Part shown: in pieces, positions 47,591 through 57,336 of the stretch
How positions within the stretch are numbered: the stretch's first letter is position 1
Layout: each line of letters starts with the position of its first letter
Assembly: GCA_965369865.1 (NCBI GenBank)
Contig: CBDURU010000003.1
Coordinates: 36,560-100,559 of the forward strand
Source of the DNA: an uncultured bacterium
GTDB lineage: Bacteria; JAJVIF01; JAPKYR01
Reading direction: 5' to 3'
DNA length: 64,000 nucleotides
Position numbers and translations under genes: made by a program
The notes under the pieces: generated by a model
Databases searched by the model: none
What the model was told of the DNA's origin: nothing
The model's input: the letters and a program-made list of their open reading frames with translations, nothing else

Positions 47591-49537
47591 ATGTTTTCTC
47601 GAGTCCTCATTGTATTTCTTATCATTATTGGTCTGCTTTTCTCTTTACTGGCGTGCGGACGAGGAGCCGACGTAAATACCCCTACCCCCATAACCGATTC
47701 AAAATTAACCGCATCAAGCACCAACGAGCGAATGCTCTGGGGAATGTGGGATATTACAATCGACGGTATTACAGGAGATGTAGATATCGTTCAGTCCCGC
47801 ACTGCAACATTCACCGCAAACATAACACGACTTATCCAACCCCCTGCATATCCGATGAGCCTTCTGCAAGTCAAAATGAATATTCCTGAATCGGATATCC
47901 TGGCAGGAAAACTGGTATTCGATCTTGGCCTGAGCCATCCACTCCTGAATGACCTCAGGTTCAGGGCATTCGACTGCCGGGGAATAATTATGGCTAGGGG
48001 AGGAAATGTGGGAATTTACGACCCAACTATCTTCTACCCGACCTCATCCCAAACGCACATGATCAACCCCGACGGGCACTCAAGATGGTGGAACCAGATA
48101 GAATTTACCACATACGAAACAATCTTTGGATACACTGAAGGTGTGCTTGCCCACAAGAGTTTCACTTCAACAAGCACGCTGAATCCTTACAAGCTGCATA
48201 CACCATCACTCGAACCCGCTCAACCTGTCTACCAGATGGACCTGGACGAGAGGGCGACATTCCCGGTCTCAACTCTGCCTCTTGCCCGAACGTACAAGAT
48301 GCAGTTTGATATATCCTCGTTTCCGGTATTCGGTTTCAAGTATTGTTTCGATATAAGCTGGGCGCTGCCGGATGAGGCTTATTGGCCAAATTTCCCGGTA
48401 GAAGCGTACCCCCCGGAGGCGAACTGCCAGGAAGCGTATTACTTACGAATCGAAGAATTCGAGGAGATCCCGTACTACGTCGATGAATGGGTCGGCGGTG
48501 GTGATCTCCAGTTCCTCCTGACGATAGGTGACTGGCAGGCTACCGGTGGAAATGTACTCAATGAAATTTCCCATGTCTGGATCGAATCACCAACCCTGTT
48601 CGGTATTCCGATCGATGTCCGTGACACGATGGAATTTGTCGGAAGTACTCATGACACAATGGCAACATACAGGATATTCATTGAGGACATGCTCCCGTCC
48701 GCACTGGAAGGCCAGCAGATTCTCATAACAGTGGAGAGCGCGGATCCGAATACATACGCCCCGCAAATCGGTAGCCCGGGTCCGTGGATATATCCCGCCT
48801 CACCACTAGCCGCATACTATTTCGCCGATGTGCCCATAACAAACCTCACCCCGGATGGTGATTACGCTTATGTCTATTTCGTTCCTGACTGGTGCGCGAC
48901 AATGCGGGTCCAGTGCACTAAAGACCAACAGGGCAACCAGGGCGGATCGGGCAACCAGCCACTTATAGCTAATATGATGAAACAGAACATCGAAGGGTAT
49001 TACAACGACTACACCCATGTACAGGTATGGGAAGGGAAGTTCGGTGGAACCGCGGGACAGAGTACGGCTGCGCTCCAGCAAACATGCACCAGTCTCGGTT
49101 ATTCGTTCGCGCGTACTTATAATCCCTATTTCGATCCAGCGAACAGCCGTGTTGTATTTGTTATCGGACTGTCAATACCCCTTGGCCCACCAAATCCTCC
49201 ATTCACGATTGAGGAAGCCAACGATATGCAGGAATTCATCGAGAACGGTGGAATCCTGATCTTCATGTGCGAGGCAAGTACGTATTTCTGGGTACAGGGA
49301 TTCGATGAACTCTTCGAATGGCTTGGCATGTTAATGCAATACGGCGGTGGAGCCACACCCGAATTCGGAGACGGTTACACGGAAAACATCACATGGCACT
49401 GGATGACGGACGGGATTGAGTTGTACCACTATTATTCAGTCGGCCAGTGGCTGACAGAGGACCCGCACGTTCTTACTCTGGTGGAAACGGAGTTTGACGA
49501 GAAACTGATATTAATCTATCCTCTTCCGTTGGAATAA
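47591..49537 (+). CDS. Fifth paralog of the surface-lipoprotein family: conserved N-terminal module only, with an unrelated C-terminal region
   Basis: 648 aa. Signal peptide plus Cys (…SLLACGRG). Shares the N-terminal module with the four array genes (…MWDITIDG…, …FDCRGIIMARGGNVGIYDP…NPDGHSRWWNQIEFTTYETIFGYTEGVL…LNPYKLH…). No PPC or propeller domain. GGAGG RBS. Confidence 0.6.
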   Translation: MFSRVLIVFLIIIGLLFSLLACGRGADVNTPTPITDSKLTASSTNERMLWGMWDITIDGITGDVDIVQSRTATFTANITRLIQPPAYPMSLLQVKMNIPESDILAGKLVFDLGLSHPLLNDLRFRAFDCRGIIMARGGNVGIYDPTIFYPTSSQTHMINPDGHSRWWNQIEFTTYETIFGYTEGVLAHKSFTSTSTLNPYKLHTPSLEPAQPVYQMDLDERATFPVSTLPLARTYKMQFDISSFPVFGFKYCFDISWALPDEAYWPNFPVEAYPPEANCQEAYYLRIEEFEEIPYYVDEWVGGGDLQFLLTIGDWQATGGNVLNEISHVWIESPTLFGIPIDVRDTMEFVGSTHDTMATYRIFIEDMLPSALEGQQILITVESADPNTYAPQIGSPGPWIYPASPLAAYYFADVPITNLTPDGDYAYVYFVPDWCATMRVQCTKDQQGNQGGSGNQPLIANMMKQNIEGYYNDYTHVQVWEGKFGGTAGQSTAALQQTCTSLGYSFARTYNPYFDPANSRVVFVIGLSIPLGPPNPPFTIEEANDMQEFIENGGILIFMCEASTYFWVQGFDELFEWLGMLMQYGGGATPEFGDGYTENITWHWMTDGIELYHYYSVGQWLTEDPHVLTLVETEFDEKLILIYPLPLE

Positions 49538-49586
49538 TAAAAAAAAGAAACCTTCCTGCCTGGAAGGATCTACCAGAAAAATTTTG

Positions 49587-49614
49587 GCCCGGGATCCTCC
49601 CCGGGCTTTTCTTT
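49587..49614 (+). terminator. Rho-independent terminator between convergent genes (hairpin gcccgggatcctccccgggc followed by TTTTCTTT)
   Basis: Seen directly. A-rich tract on the 5' side as well, so it may function bidirectionally. Confidence 0.55.
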
Positions 49615-49621
49615 AAACAGG

Positions 49622-50023
49622 TCAGGTTTCCCAGACACCGTCAGCCCATTCTTCATCCAGCGAACTACGGGCTTCCTCATACGCGACCGCTTCTTTGTCA
49701 TCAAGGAAATCTTCGAACTCCTCGTCGGTCATGTATTTCGCCAGTCCTTCCTGCAGCATCGCGATAATCAGGAGGTCCGGGTTGTTGAATGACCCCGATT
49801 TCCCCATTTGATCTTCAAGAATATGGTGTGCTTTGATTGCGCGGGTGCTTGGGTAAACACCGTCGAGTTGAACATCGAGTTCCAGGCTCTTATCGTCCTC
49901 GAGGCCCCACTCATCGGCAATGTGCTCGAGAATTTCACCGGCCGTTCCAGACATGCGCGGTGCAACTTCCAATTCTGGAAAAAGTCCGTCCAGTTCTAAT
50001 GAGAAAATATCCCGTTCGTCCAT
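49622..50023 (-). CDS. Acidic hypothetical protein
   Basis: 133 aa, very Asp/Glu-rich. No recognisable motif. Immediately downstream of hypC on the same strand. Confidence 0.4.
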   Translation of the reverse strand: MDERDIFSLELDGLFPELEVAPRMSGTAGEILEHIADEWGLEDDKSLELDVQLDGVYPSTRAIKAHHILEDQMGKSGSFNNPDLLIIAMLQEGLAKYMTDEEFEDFLDDKEAVAYEEARSSLDEEWADGVWET

Positions 50024-50079
50024 CCCAACTCACCTTGCAATTTCAGGTCAGTGAATCATATCATCCAGTGCATCGATAG

Positions 50080-50316
50080 TTACTCAATAATACTATCCTG
50101 GTACGCAGCCTCAATTTCATTAAATAACTTAATCGTCTTTTTTGCTTCCTCTTCGTCAAGTAATTCAATAGCGAATCCGGCATGGACAATCGCCCAGTCG
50201 CCCACCTTCGCACGAGGAACGAGCGACACCGATGCATGTACAGAAATACCACTGACCGTACAGTTCGCCATTTCATTTTCTATTGATATTATTTCCATTG
50301 GAACTGCAAGACACAT
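50080..50316 (-). CDS. hypC: [NiFe]-hydrogenase maturation chaperone HypC/HybG/HupF family
   Basis: 78 aa. Begins MCLAVP, the hallmark N-terminus of the HypC family (essential Cys2), with the expected OB-fold size. Confidence 0.8.
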   Translation of the reverse strand: MCLAVPMEIISIENEMANCTVSGISVHASVSLVPRAKVGDWAIVHAGFAIELLDEEEAKKTIKLFNEIEAAYQDSIIE

Positions 50317-50540
50317 AAAATTTTCCTTAATGGTTTCAAATTTACCTCACAGCTATTTTACTTCATATTTCTATCCTGGTCAGGTTAAAATGAAAAAAAT
50401 ACCATTCAAAATATTGGACAGTTTCGGCCTTGCCTGAACCGCCGACCTATGCTATTAAGCATACATGATATATCCTTGTTTTAACGATAATAGCGGACGG
50501 CGGTTTGAGCCTGGTGTAAAATCCCTGTTCCGATGATAAT

Positions 50541-51374
50541 ATGGACGAATTCACTATTAAAACCTCTGATGGCTTAAACCTCCACGCGCTCGTCCGCAGG
50601 CCGAAGGAGGATCCGAAAGCCTGTATCTCGATGGTTCACGGTATCGGCGAGCACGTCGGAAGGCATGAAGTAATCGCAAACCATTTTAATGAGTCGGGCT
50701 ATGCGACTCTCCAGTTCGACCTTCGCGGACATGGAAAATCGGAAGGTAAAAGGGGACATTCACCATCCTACGACAGGCTTCTCGATGATATCGCATTGAT
50801 GTTGTATGAAGCTGCGATTAGATTCTCAAAACTTCCACACTTATTATTCGGTCACTCGATGGGTGGCGCGCTGGTAATAAATTACTGCCTGAAAAGAAAA
50901 CCCGATCTTACAGGGGTCATTTCGGTCTCACCGGGTTTTCGCACCACGACTCCCACACCGGGCTGGAAAATTTCGATGGCGCGGATTTTCAGCACTGTGT
51001 GGCCTTCAATGACACTCTATAACGGGGTAAAAGCTGAAGACTTAACGAGGGATACTGAAATCGTACGAGTAACGCTTGAAGACCCGCTCTACCATTTCAA
51101 GATTTCAGCCAGGATGGGCCTTGATGTAATTACAGAGGGCGAGTGGGCGATTGAGAACGCATCGAAATGGGAACTGCCGCTTCTCCTGATGCATGGCACA
51201 GGCGACCGCCTGACATCGCATGAGGCATCGCGTGAGTTCGCGTCAAAAGCGGGAGATAATTGTTTTTACAAGTTGTGGGACAGCCTCTACCACGAGATGC
51301 ATAACGAGCCGGAAGGCAATGAGGTGCTTGCATATATTGTTGAATGGCTTAAAAAGCGCACGGCGGTATCATGA
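50541..51374 (+). CDS. Alpha/beta-hydrolase (lysophospholipase / monoacylglycerol-lipase-like)
   Basis: 277 aa. HG oxyanion motif (MVHGIGEH) and the nucleophile elbow GHSMGG. Asp/His downstream (…HGTGDRLT…, …YHEMHNE). Confidence 0.8.
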   Translation: MDEFTIKTSDGLNLHALVRRPKEDPKACISMVHGIGEHVGRHEVIANHFNESGYATLQFDLRGHGKSEGKRGHSPSYDRLLDDIALMLYEAAIRFSKLPHLLFGHSMGGALVINYCLKRKPDLTGVISVSPGFRTTTPTPGWKISMARIFSTVWPSMTLYNGVKAEDLTRDTEIVRVTLEDPLYHFKISARMGLDVITEGEWAIENASKWELPLLLMHGTGDRLTSHEASREFASKAGDNCFYKLWDSLYHEMHNEPEGNEVLAYIVEWLKKRTAVS

Positions 51375-51404
51375 TTTGCCTTTATCGGTTAGAATTTAGA
51401 GGTT

Positions 51405-52817
51405 ATGAAACTTCGCGAACCATATGAACAACTAGCAATTCCACCGACCGATTTCACGGCCGATCTTAATTTTCCGCCCCCAGAGAAGATTCGTATTTAC
51501 GACACGACACTTCGCGACGGTGAACAGGCTCCCGGCGTGATATTCACACCGTCCCAGAAATTCCACCTGGCCGGAACTCTTTCGGAGCTCGGTGTGCATA
51601 TCCTCGACCTTGGGTTCCCGGCGGTCGGCCCTTCCGAATGGGAAACCCTGAAGCTTGTAATTGAAGGAAAAAGGGCAGGACGGCTTAGATCCGATCTTGA
51701 ATTACTGGTGATGTCGCGCGCGCTTCCAGGGGATATCGACACCACCCTCAGGGTACTGAAGGAAACCGGTGTCGGGACCGATGAGATCACGTTGTTTATT
51801 TTCACTGCCGGATCGGATCTGCATGTGAAATACAAACTGGGGAAGATGCTCCTCAGGCAGAATTCAATCGACGAGAAGGAATGGTTGGATAGACCGGTGC
51901 AGTGGTACCGGGATGCGAACAAGCGTATGTTTGCCGACGCGATTAGTTATGCAAAAAGCCTGGGATTCAAAAAAATCGAGGCTGGGAACGCTGAAGATGG
52001 AAGCCGGGCTGATATTGAATATATAATCGAACTCGGGAAAGCAGCCATGGAAGCCGGCGCGATGCGTCAGGCATTCCCCGATACGGTCGGCGTCTTCACC
52101 CCTGAAGCGGTACGCCATTACACCAGCCGCCTGATTAAAGAGTTTCCGGACACCGATCTCGTGGTCCATTTCCATAACGATTTCGATCTCGCGACGATCA
52201 ACACTTTAACGGCTCTCAGTATCGGCGCGAATATAGCCACGGTAACCCTTGGTGGAATCGGTGAACGTGCCGGGAACGCCTCCCTGCATTCTCTGCTGGC
52301 GGCAATGAAAATGCTTTACGGAATCACCATCCCGAACTTCCGCTACGACAAGATCCGGGAGGCAACAATGCTCGCGAGCCGATTGTCCGGAATCCCGTTA
52401 CAACCCCACGAGCCGATTGTCGGATCGAATGTTTTCGCCCATGAATCGGGGATTCACACCGCTGGAATGGTCATCGATCCGAGGATTTACCAGGTAATCT
52501 ATCATAAGGATTTCGGAGGCAAGCGGAGGTTTGTCTTTGGTAAACATTCCGGAACCGCGATCGTGGAGCATGTATTGAAACTGCACAGCGATGAGCTGGA
52601 AGCGGCAGGGGTAAAGGTCACAGACGAGCTTGTGTCCCGTGTTTTGAACGAAATCAAGAAACTGAGGGAACAGCAGGCGGAGATGCGCCGCGTGGAGAAA
52701 CTTGTCGATTCGATTTACGAAAAAATGCTGCAGCTTGGAATCAGCGAACGCGATGTCGTCGCCCTTGCGAAGCAGCTTGCCAGGGACAGTGGGATTTCCG
52801 CGGCAACCTTCTGGTGA
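51405..52817 (+). CDS. HMGL-like family protein (2-isopropylmalate / homocitrate / citramalate synthase family)
   Basis: 470 aa. IYDTTLRDGEQAPGV and …HFHNDFDLATINTLTAL… are the diagnostic TIM-barrel motifs, with a C-terminal extension. I cannot decide substrate specificity from sequence alone. Confidence 0.8.
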   Translation: MKLREPYEQLAIPPTDFTADLNFPPPEKIRIYDTTLRDGEQAPGVIFTPSQKFHLAGTLSELGVHILDLGFPAVGPSEWETLKLVIEGKRAGRLRSDLELLVMSRALPGDIDTTLRVLKETGVGTDEITLFIFTAGSDLHVKYKLGKMLLRQNSIDEKEWLDRPVQWYRDANKRMFADAISYAKSLGFKKIEAGNAEDGSRADIEYIIELGKAAMEAGAMRQAFPDTVGVFTPEAVRHYTSRLIKEFPDTDLVVHFHNDFDLATINTLTALSIGANIATVTLGGIGERAGNASLHSLLAAMKMLYGITIPNFRYDKIREATMLASRLSGIPLQPHEPIVGSNVFAHESGIHTAGMVIDPRIYQVIYHKDFGGKRRFVFGKHSGTAIVEHVLKLHSDELEAAGVKVTDELVSRVLNEIKKLREQQAEMRRVEKLVDSIYEKMLQLGISERDVVALAKQLARDSGISAATFW

Positions 52818-52870
52818 TTAGCCCGAAAGATCTAAAAGTCTCTAACAAAATGAGTTTATGTTAAATTACT

Positions 52871-53102
52871 ACCGGGTGCCGCCCATAAGCGTTTAACTTG
52901 GCATTCAGGATTTCCCATATTCGATTAAAGGAACAAGAGAAGATTATAACGGATTATTTGATTTGAGCTTATGGGTGATTCGCGGTTTCAATCGACCTCA
53001 CCCACAAGCTTAGCGTGGAGTCAACTTATTAAAATCTCTCAATGACTAATCTTGATTTGAACGTTAACTCTACCTCGAACAACGCTTGTGGGCGGCACCC
53101 GG
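52871..53102. mobile_element. 232-bp repeat element R, copy 1. Terminal inverted repeats ccgggtgccgcccataagcgtt(t) … (c)aacgcttgtgggcggcacccgg. MITE-like.
   Basis: Seen directly. 100% identical to 54186..54417. ~22-bp TIRs with 2 mismatches. Internal symmetric segments (cccataagc…gcttatggg, cccacaagc…gcttgtggg). Confidence 0.75.
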
Positions 53103-53160
53103 CCAGGGACCGTGGGATTTCCGCGGCAACGTTCTGGTGATTAGCCCGAAAGATTTAAAA
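53103..53160. repeat. Diverged duplicate (A') of the last ~57 bp of the upstream synthase gene plus its downstream flank, sitting between R copy 1 and the secreted-protein gene
   Basis: ccagggaccgtgggatttccgcggcaacgttctggtgattagcccgaaagatttaaaa matches 52780..52838 (…ccagggacagtgggatttccgcggcaaccttctggtgattagcccgaaagatctaaaag) with 3 mismatches. Confidence 0.75.
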
Positions 53161-53177
53161 TAGCTCGTTAACCTCTA

Positions 53178-54044
53178 TTACATTATTGCCCTGAAGATGG
53201 AATTGGCAAGATCATTCTTGGCTTCCAGGGTGATGAATTTCCCAATGTGAGCTTCTTCGAATGGTTGAAAAGTGAAAATTGCAGTCTGTGTCTCACTCAA
53301 TATCACTTCAACCTGGTAATAGTTATTATCTAAAGGTTCGATAACAATCATACTTTCGTCCACCGAATAACCCATGGAATCCATCGTATTACCCAATGTA
53401 CTATTATTATCCCAGGTGTAATTTAAAAAACTGGACATAACCCGATTGGTATACCAATCATCAACCATAGCCTGCATTTCCTCTTCTGGAATATCCATTA
53501 TGGTCCCGGATTCCGCAGCATACACGGTTAAACTTGTACCAGCTTCGAGTACAGCACCGCTTCCCGAGATTGATCCACCGGCGAGAATACCTAGAACACT
53601 TAAACCAAGTATAACGGTGGTAGCAATCGAGGCTCCAGTCTGGCGACCACCATAATCACCCGCTTCACCCGAAAGGAGGATTGGCATGGAGTACAATGGA
53701 AAAATAGTGGTAATTTCAATATCCAGCATCCCGCTCCTGCCCCAACTTCTCGAAGGTCTTGCATTTGTCACATGCCCAAGTACGGGAGTGCCTTCGATTA
53801 AATATGTGCGACCCATCAGGACGACATCCTCAGCTATTGAAAAAACAATTTCATCTCCCTCCCGGTTTCGTTGCGAATAAAGCTGTTCCAACATAATCAA
53901 TCGAATTGGTGTACCAGGGGGAAGTGAAATAACATCAGCCTCATCCTGGCCATACAGTGGAACTCCCGGGCCGGTAAATATCACGCAAATACAAATAAAA
54001 AAAGTAACCAAATTACGAGTCATCGTGCAACCTCCAATAATCAT
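53178..54044 (-). CDS. Secreted hypothetical protein, the cargo between the two R copies
   Basis: 288 aa. N-terminal signal peptide (MTRNLVTFFICICVIFTGPGVPLYG; start probably the Met at 54023). Central Gly/Ser/Ala-rich hydrophobic stretch. No family recognised. Confidence 0.5.
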   Translation of the reverse strand: MIIGGCTMTRNLVTFFICICVIFTGPGVPLYGQDEADVISLPPGTPIRLIMLEQLYSQRNREGDEIVFSIAEDVVLMGRTYLIEGTPVLGHVTNARPSRSWGRSGMLDIEITTIFPLYSMPILLSGEAGDYGGRQTGASIATTVILGLSVLGILAGGSISGSGAVLEAGTSLTVYAAESGTIMDIPEEEMQAMVDDWYTNRVMSSFLNYTWDNNSTLGNTMDSMGYSVDESMIVIEPLDNNYYQVEVILSETQTAIFTFQPFEEAHIGKFITLEAKNDLANSIFRAIM

Positions 54045-54185
54045 TAGTATTCTAAGATTATTTTTATAATGTAAACCTTATACTGATGTCAATTTTAAAG
54101 CAATACCAATCCGGAAAATATCTGTAGCTTTCCGATCTTTTTGGACTTTGAAAACCTTTTAATTATTAATAAGCATGGACAACAT

Positions 54186-54417
54186 TACCGGGTGCCGCCC
54201 ATAAGCGTTTAACTTGGCATTCAGGATTTCCCATATTCGATTAAAGGAACAAGAGAAGATTATAACGGATTATTTGATTTGAGCTTATGGGTGATTCGCG
54301 GTTTCAATCGACCTCACCCACAAGCTTAGCGTGGAGTCAACTTATTAAAATCTCTCAATGACTAATCTTGATTTGAACGTTAACTCTACCTCGAACAACG
54401 CTTGTGGGCGGCACCCG
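54186..54417. mobile_element. 232-bp repeat element R, copy 2 (identical to copy 1), abutting the aroC stop
   Basis: Seen directly. Same TIR-bearing sequence. Followed immediately by cacccgcttataacat, the end of aroC on the minus strand. Confidence 0.75.
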
Positions 54418-54425
54418 GCACCCGC

Positions 54426-55619
54426 TTATAACATATCTATCTTATCCAAATACCTTTCATACGCTTCCTTAACTTCCCCCATCGAATCCCCGCCGAATTT
54501 TTCATTGTGAGCTTTAGCAATTTCGAGAGCTGCAACGGACTCGAGTACAACCGCTACCGATTCTACCGCCGATACATCCGTACGCTCTGTCGATTCCGGT
54601 TCAACAGGTTGACGGGTTTCGGGATCGACCGACATATGCGGCGGGTTAATGGTCGACAGAGGTTTCATCCATGCTTTCAGGCAGACCGGTTCGCCATTTG
54701 TAATCCCGCCCTCGATACCCCCGGCAAGATTGGTCTTTCGGGAGTACCAGGTTTTACGATCGGGATTATCAGCGATTGAGAATTCATCATGGGCTTCCCT
54801 GCCGCTCATGCGTGCCTGCTTTATCCCGGCACCGATTTCGACAGCCTTAATTCCCGGCACTCCCATCATCGCTTGAGCCAGTCTCGCGTCCAGACGTTCA
54901 TCCGGCAATGCGGTTGAGCCCAGCCCGGGAGGTACGTAAGCGGAAATTACCTGGACAACTCCACCGACCGTATTCCCGGTCTCCCGCGCATTTTCCACGA
55001 CACGGATAATTTTCGCGATCTGTGATTCTGTCAAATTTTTCAGTGATTCAAGTTTACCGGGACGATCCTCAATATCAAGCGAGGTCATTTGAATCGTTTC
55101 GTCATCGACAAGTAACTCCGACCCGTATTGAATTAACCTGCTACCGACGCAAGTACCGAAATTCCTCAGGTACAATTTCGCCAGGGCACCGATCGCGACT
55201 GTCATTGCGGTCGTACGTCCACTCGCGCGTTCGAGAACATTACGCGCATCGTCAAAGCCCCATTTCAGGATTCCCGCAAGGTCGGCGTGGCCTGGACGCG
55301 GATAAGTTTTTCGAATTGGGTCTCTGGAAGCCTTAAGCGGTTTGACAGACATTACATCGAGCCAGTTCCGGTGATCCTTATTTTCGATTCTGACGGCGAT
55401 CGGGCTGCCGGTTGTTATCCCGTGACGGATGCCCGAGAGAAATTCAGCGGTGTCGGATTCGATTTTCTGGCGCTCCGAACGCCCGATTCCACGCTGCCTT
55501 CGATGGAGTTCGGAATTTACAAAGTCAAAATCAATTTCAAGCCCTGCCGGGAATCCGGATATGATCCCGACCAGCGCCGGCCCGTGACTCTCCCCTGCTG
55601 TCATCCATTTTATTGCCAT
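54426..55619 (-). CDS. aroC: Chorismate synthase
   Basis: 397 aa. N-terminal …TAGESHGPAL… motif and full-length similarity to AroC (…RPGHADL…, …SGRETA-like region SGREAHDEF…). Confidence 0.9.
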   Translation of the reverse strand: MAIKWMTAGESHGPALVGIISGFPAGLEIDFDFVNSELHRRQRGIGRSERQKIESDTAEFLSGIRHGITTGSPIAVRIENKDHRNWLDVMSVKPLKASRDPIRKTYPRPGHADLAGILKWGFDDARNVLERASGRTTAMTVAIGALAKLYLRNFGTCVGSRLIQYGSELLVDDETIQMTSLDIEDRPGKLESLKNLTESQIAKIIRVVENARETGNTVGGVVQVISAYVPPGLGSTALPDERLDARLAQAMMGVPGIKAVEIGAGIKQARMSGREAHDEFSIADNPDRKTWYSRKTNLAGGIEGGITNGEPVCLKAWMKPLSTINPPHMSVDPETRQPVEPESTERTDVSAVESVAVVLESVAALEIAKAHNEKFGGDSMGEVKEAYERYLDKIDML

Positions 55620-55951
55620 TTTGATTTCCGAAAATTACAAAAGACCAGGGTGGAAATGAATTTCAAATAACTATTCGAATAATATTATAGCACTAAATAG
55701 TTGGATTCAAATGATGCCTGAATCGTTTTGGAAATTACGTTAATTTTATGAATTCTCCAATGCGAATCAAACTGAATTTCCATATCCATTCCCTTGCATT
55801 TTTTAATATTCTATAATATTATTTCATATTGACTCCTGGGTAAAAATCCTGATTGTTCGTTGTTAAAGGGACGATCCTGGTCGCCAGGTGTTATTTGTGT
55901 TGCGGTAACCACATCGACTTCTAAGATATAACCCTCACGGGGAGGTTTCAT

Positions 55952-56200
55952 ATGGCTTTACGGGATTTAGATTTGAGTAGCGAAAAAATCCAGAATCCGA
56001 ACGGTAAATTATCCTGCGAGGAGATCGGGCTGAGAATCGAGCATGCTGAGAGTACCGAACGTATCCAGTTTGAACAGGCACTGATTGTAGGATCGCATCT
56101 TTCAAGCTGCAATGAATGTGCTACGAGATACGGAAGCAGGCTGTTTCAGTTGCAGAAAAAACTCATAGCCCAGGTCGCGGAAGAAAACCTGGAAGATTAA
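55952..56200 (+). CDS. Small hypothetical protein (3 Cys, possible zinc-binding)
   Basis: 82 aa. GGAGG RBS upstream. Contains CEE…SSCNEC. No family recognised. Confidence 0.35.
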   Translation: MALRDLDLSSEKIQNPNGKLSCEEIGLRIEHAESTERIQFEQALIVGSHLSSCNECATRYGSRLFQLQKKLIAQVAEENLED

Positions 56201-56294
56201 CGGGTAAAATTCTGGCGGTAACCCACAGTAATAAAAGTTTAATCGGTGCCATCCCTTCCGTTTGCTCATGCATCTGGTCAGGGCCTGCCGATTG

Positions 56295-56789
56295 TCAGTT
56301 TCTACTCCTGGACGGATTAAAGAGGCCCCCTTCTATACGATCGTTCCGGTTGTAGAAGATGAATTCGCCGATCTTGAAGTTATCGGTTTCTTCATCAACC
56401 TCAGCAAGAATGAATAGCTGGCCCACATAAGTAGGTTCAAGGTAGCCTTCACGCCTGCATGAGATGGCGAAAGCCCTGAGAACTTTCTTTCCGAGAGTTT
56501 CCCACACCGCATTGTCCGTGCCCTCAACAAACTGGATCTTGATGATATTGTGGACCATTCTGAAACTCTCGATCATCGCTCGTTCCTCGACTGTCAGGGC
56601 ATTGACATCAGATGGATCGGCGGGGGCATCCAGGTAGGCCTGAACGTGCGCGATAATCGCCTCATTGGTCGGGGAAGTTTTCAGGCATCCGGAGGTAATC
56701 AGAACCAGAATGAAAGCAGTGCAAATAAGTACGGGTTGATACTTAAACATCTCATTGATCCTCCTTGAATGATAAATGGATTGTAACAA
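56295..56789 (-). CDS. Hypothetical lipoprotein
   Basis: Probable start at the internal Met (MFKYQPVLICTAFILVLITSGCLKTSP…), a signal peptide with the lipobox-like ITSGC. Confidence 0.45.
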   Translation of the reverse strand: MLQSIYHSRRINEMFKYQPVLICTAFILVLITSGCLKTSPTNEAIIAHVQAYLDAPADPSDVNALTVEERAMIESFRMVHNIIKIQFVEGTDNAVWETLGKKVLRAFAISCRREGYLEPTYVGQLFILAEVDEETDNFKIGEFIFYNRNDRIEGGLFNPSRSRN

Positions 56790-56867
56790 AGGGATTCGAA
56801 TCGGGCAAATAATTTGAGGGTAATCAGTTCTTTAAGGCTTATTCACAAATTAATAACCTAATGAGTT

Positions 56868-57254
56868 TCAAACATTGCTGAGTTCACCAATCACACTTAA
56901 CAACCGGTCAGGTCGAACAGGTTTGGTTATATAACGCACAGCCCCTGATTTTAACGCTTGTGAAATCTTATGCCTGTCTGTTTCAATACTAATAATTACT
57001 ATCCTGGCATCAGGAGCCCTGGATTTAATTTTTCTTGTGGCAGCGATTCCATCCAAATTAGGCATATTGATATCCATCAGGACAATCGACGGTGAATTTT
57101 CAAAAAAAAGTTTAACCGCCTCAATACCATCCCTGGCTATTCCAGCTATTTCATAACCATGCGTAATCAACAGCCTGGTAAGTGTCCGTATCATAACCGG
57201 GCAGTCTTCTGCAATCAGGATGCCTCCTGAGTTTTCTGTTCCAGGGTTGCTCAT
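56868..57254 (-). CDS. Stand-alone response-regulator receiver domain (CheY-like)
   Basis: 128 aa. Acidic pocket (ILIAEDC…), the phospho-acceptor in …IVLMDINMPNLDG…, and the conserved Lys in …YITKP…. Confidence 0.85.
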   Translation of the reverse strand: MSNPGTENSGGILIAEDCPVMIRTLTRLLITHGYEIAGIARDGIEAVKLFFENSPSIVLMDINMPNLDGIAATRKIKSRAPDARIVIISIETDRHKISQALKSGAVRYITKPVRPDRLLSVIGELSNV

Positions 57255-57336
57255 TCCTCATATAATATCCATGAAAGGTTGATAATACTGTCTAAAAAGA
57301 TTGAAGTCTTGAATTAAATATAAAAATTCCGGTATT

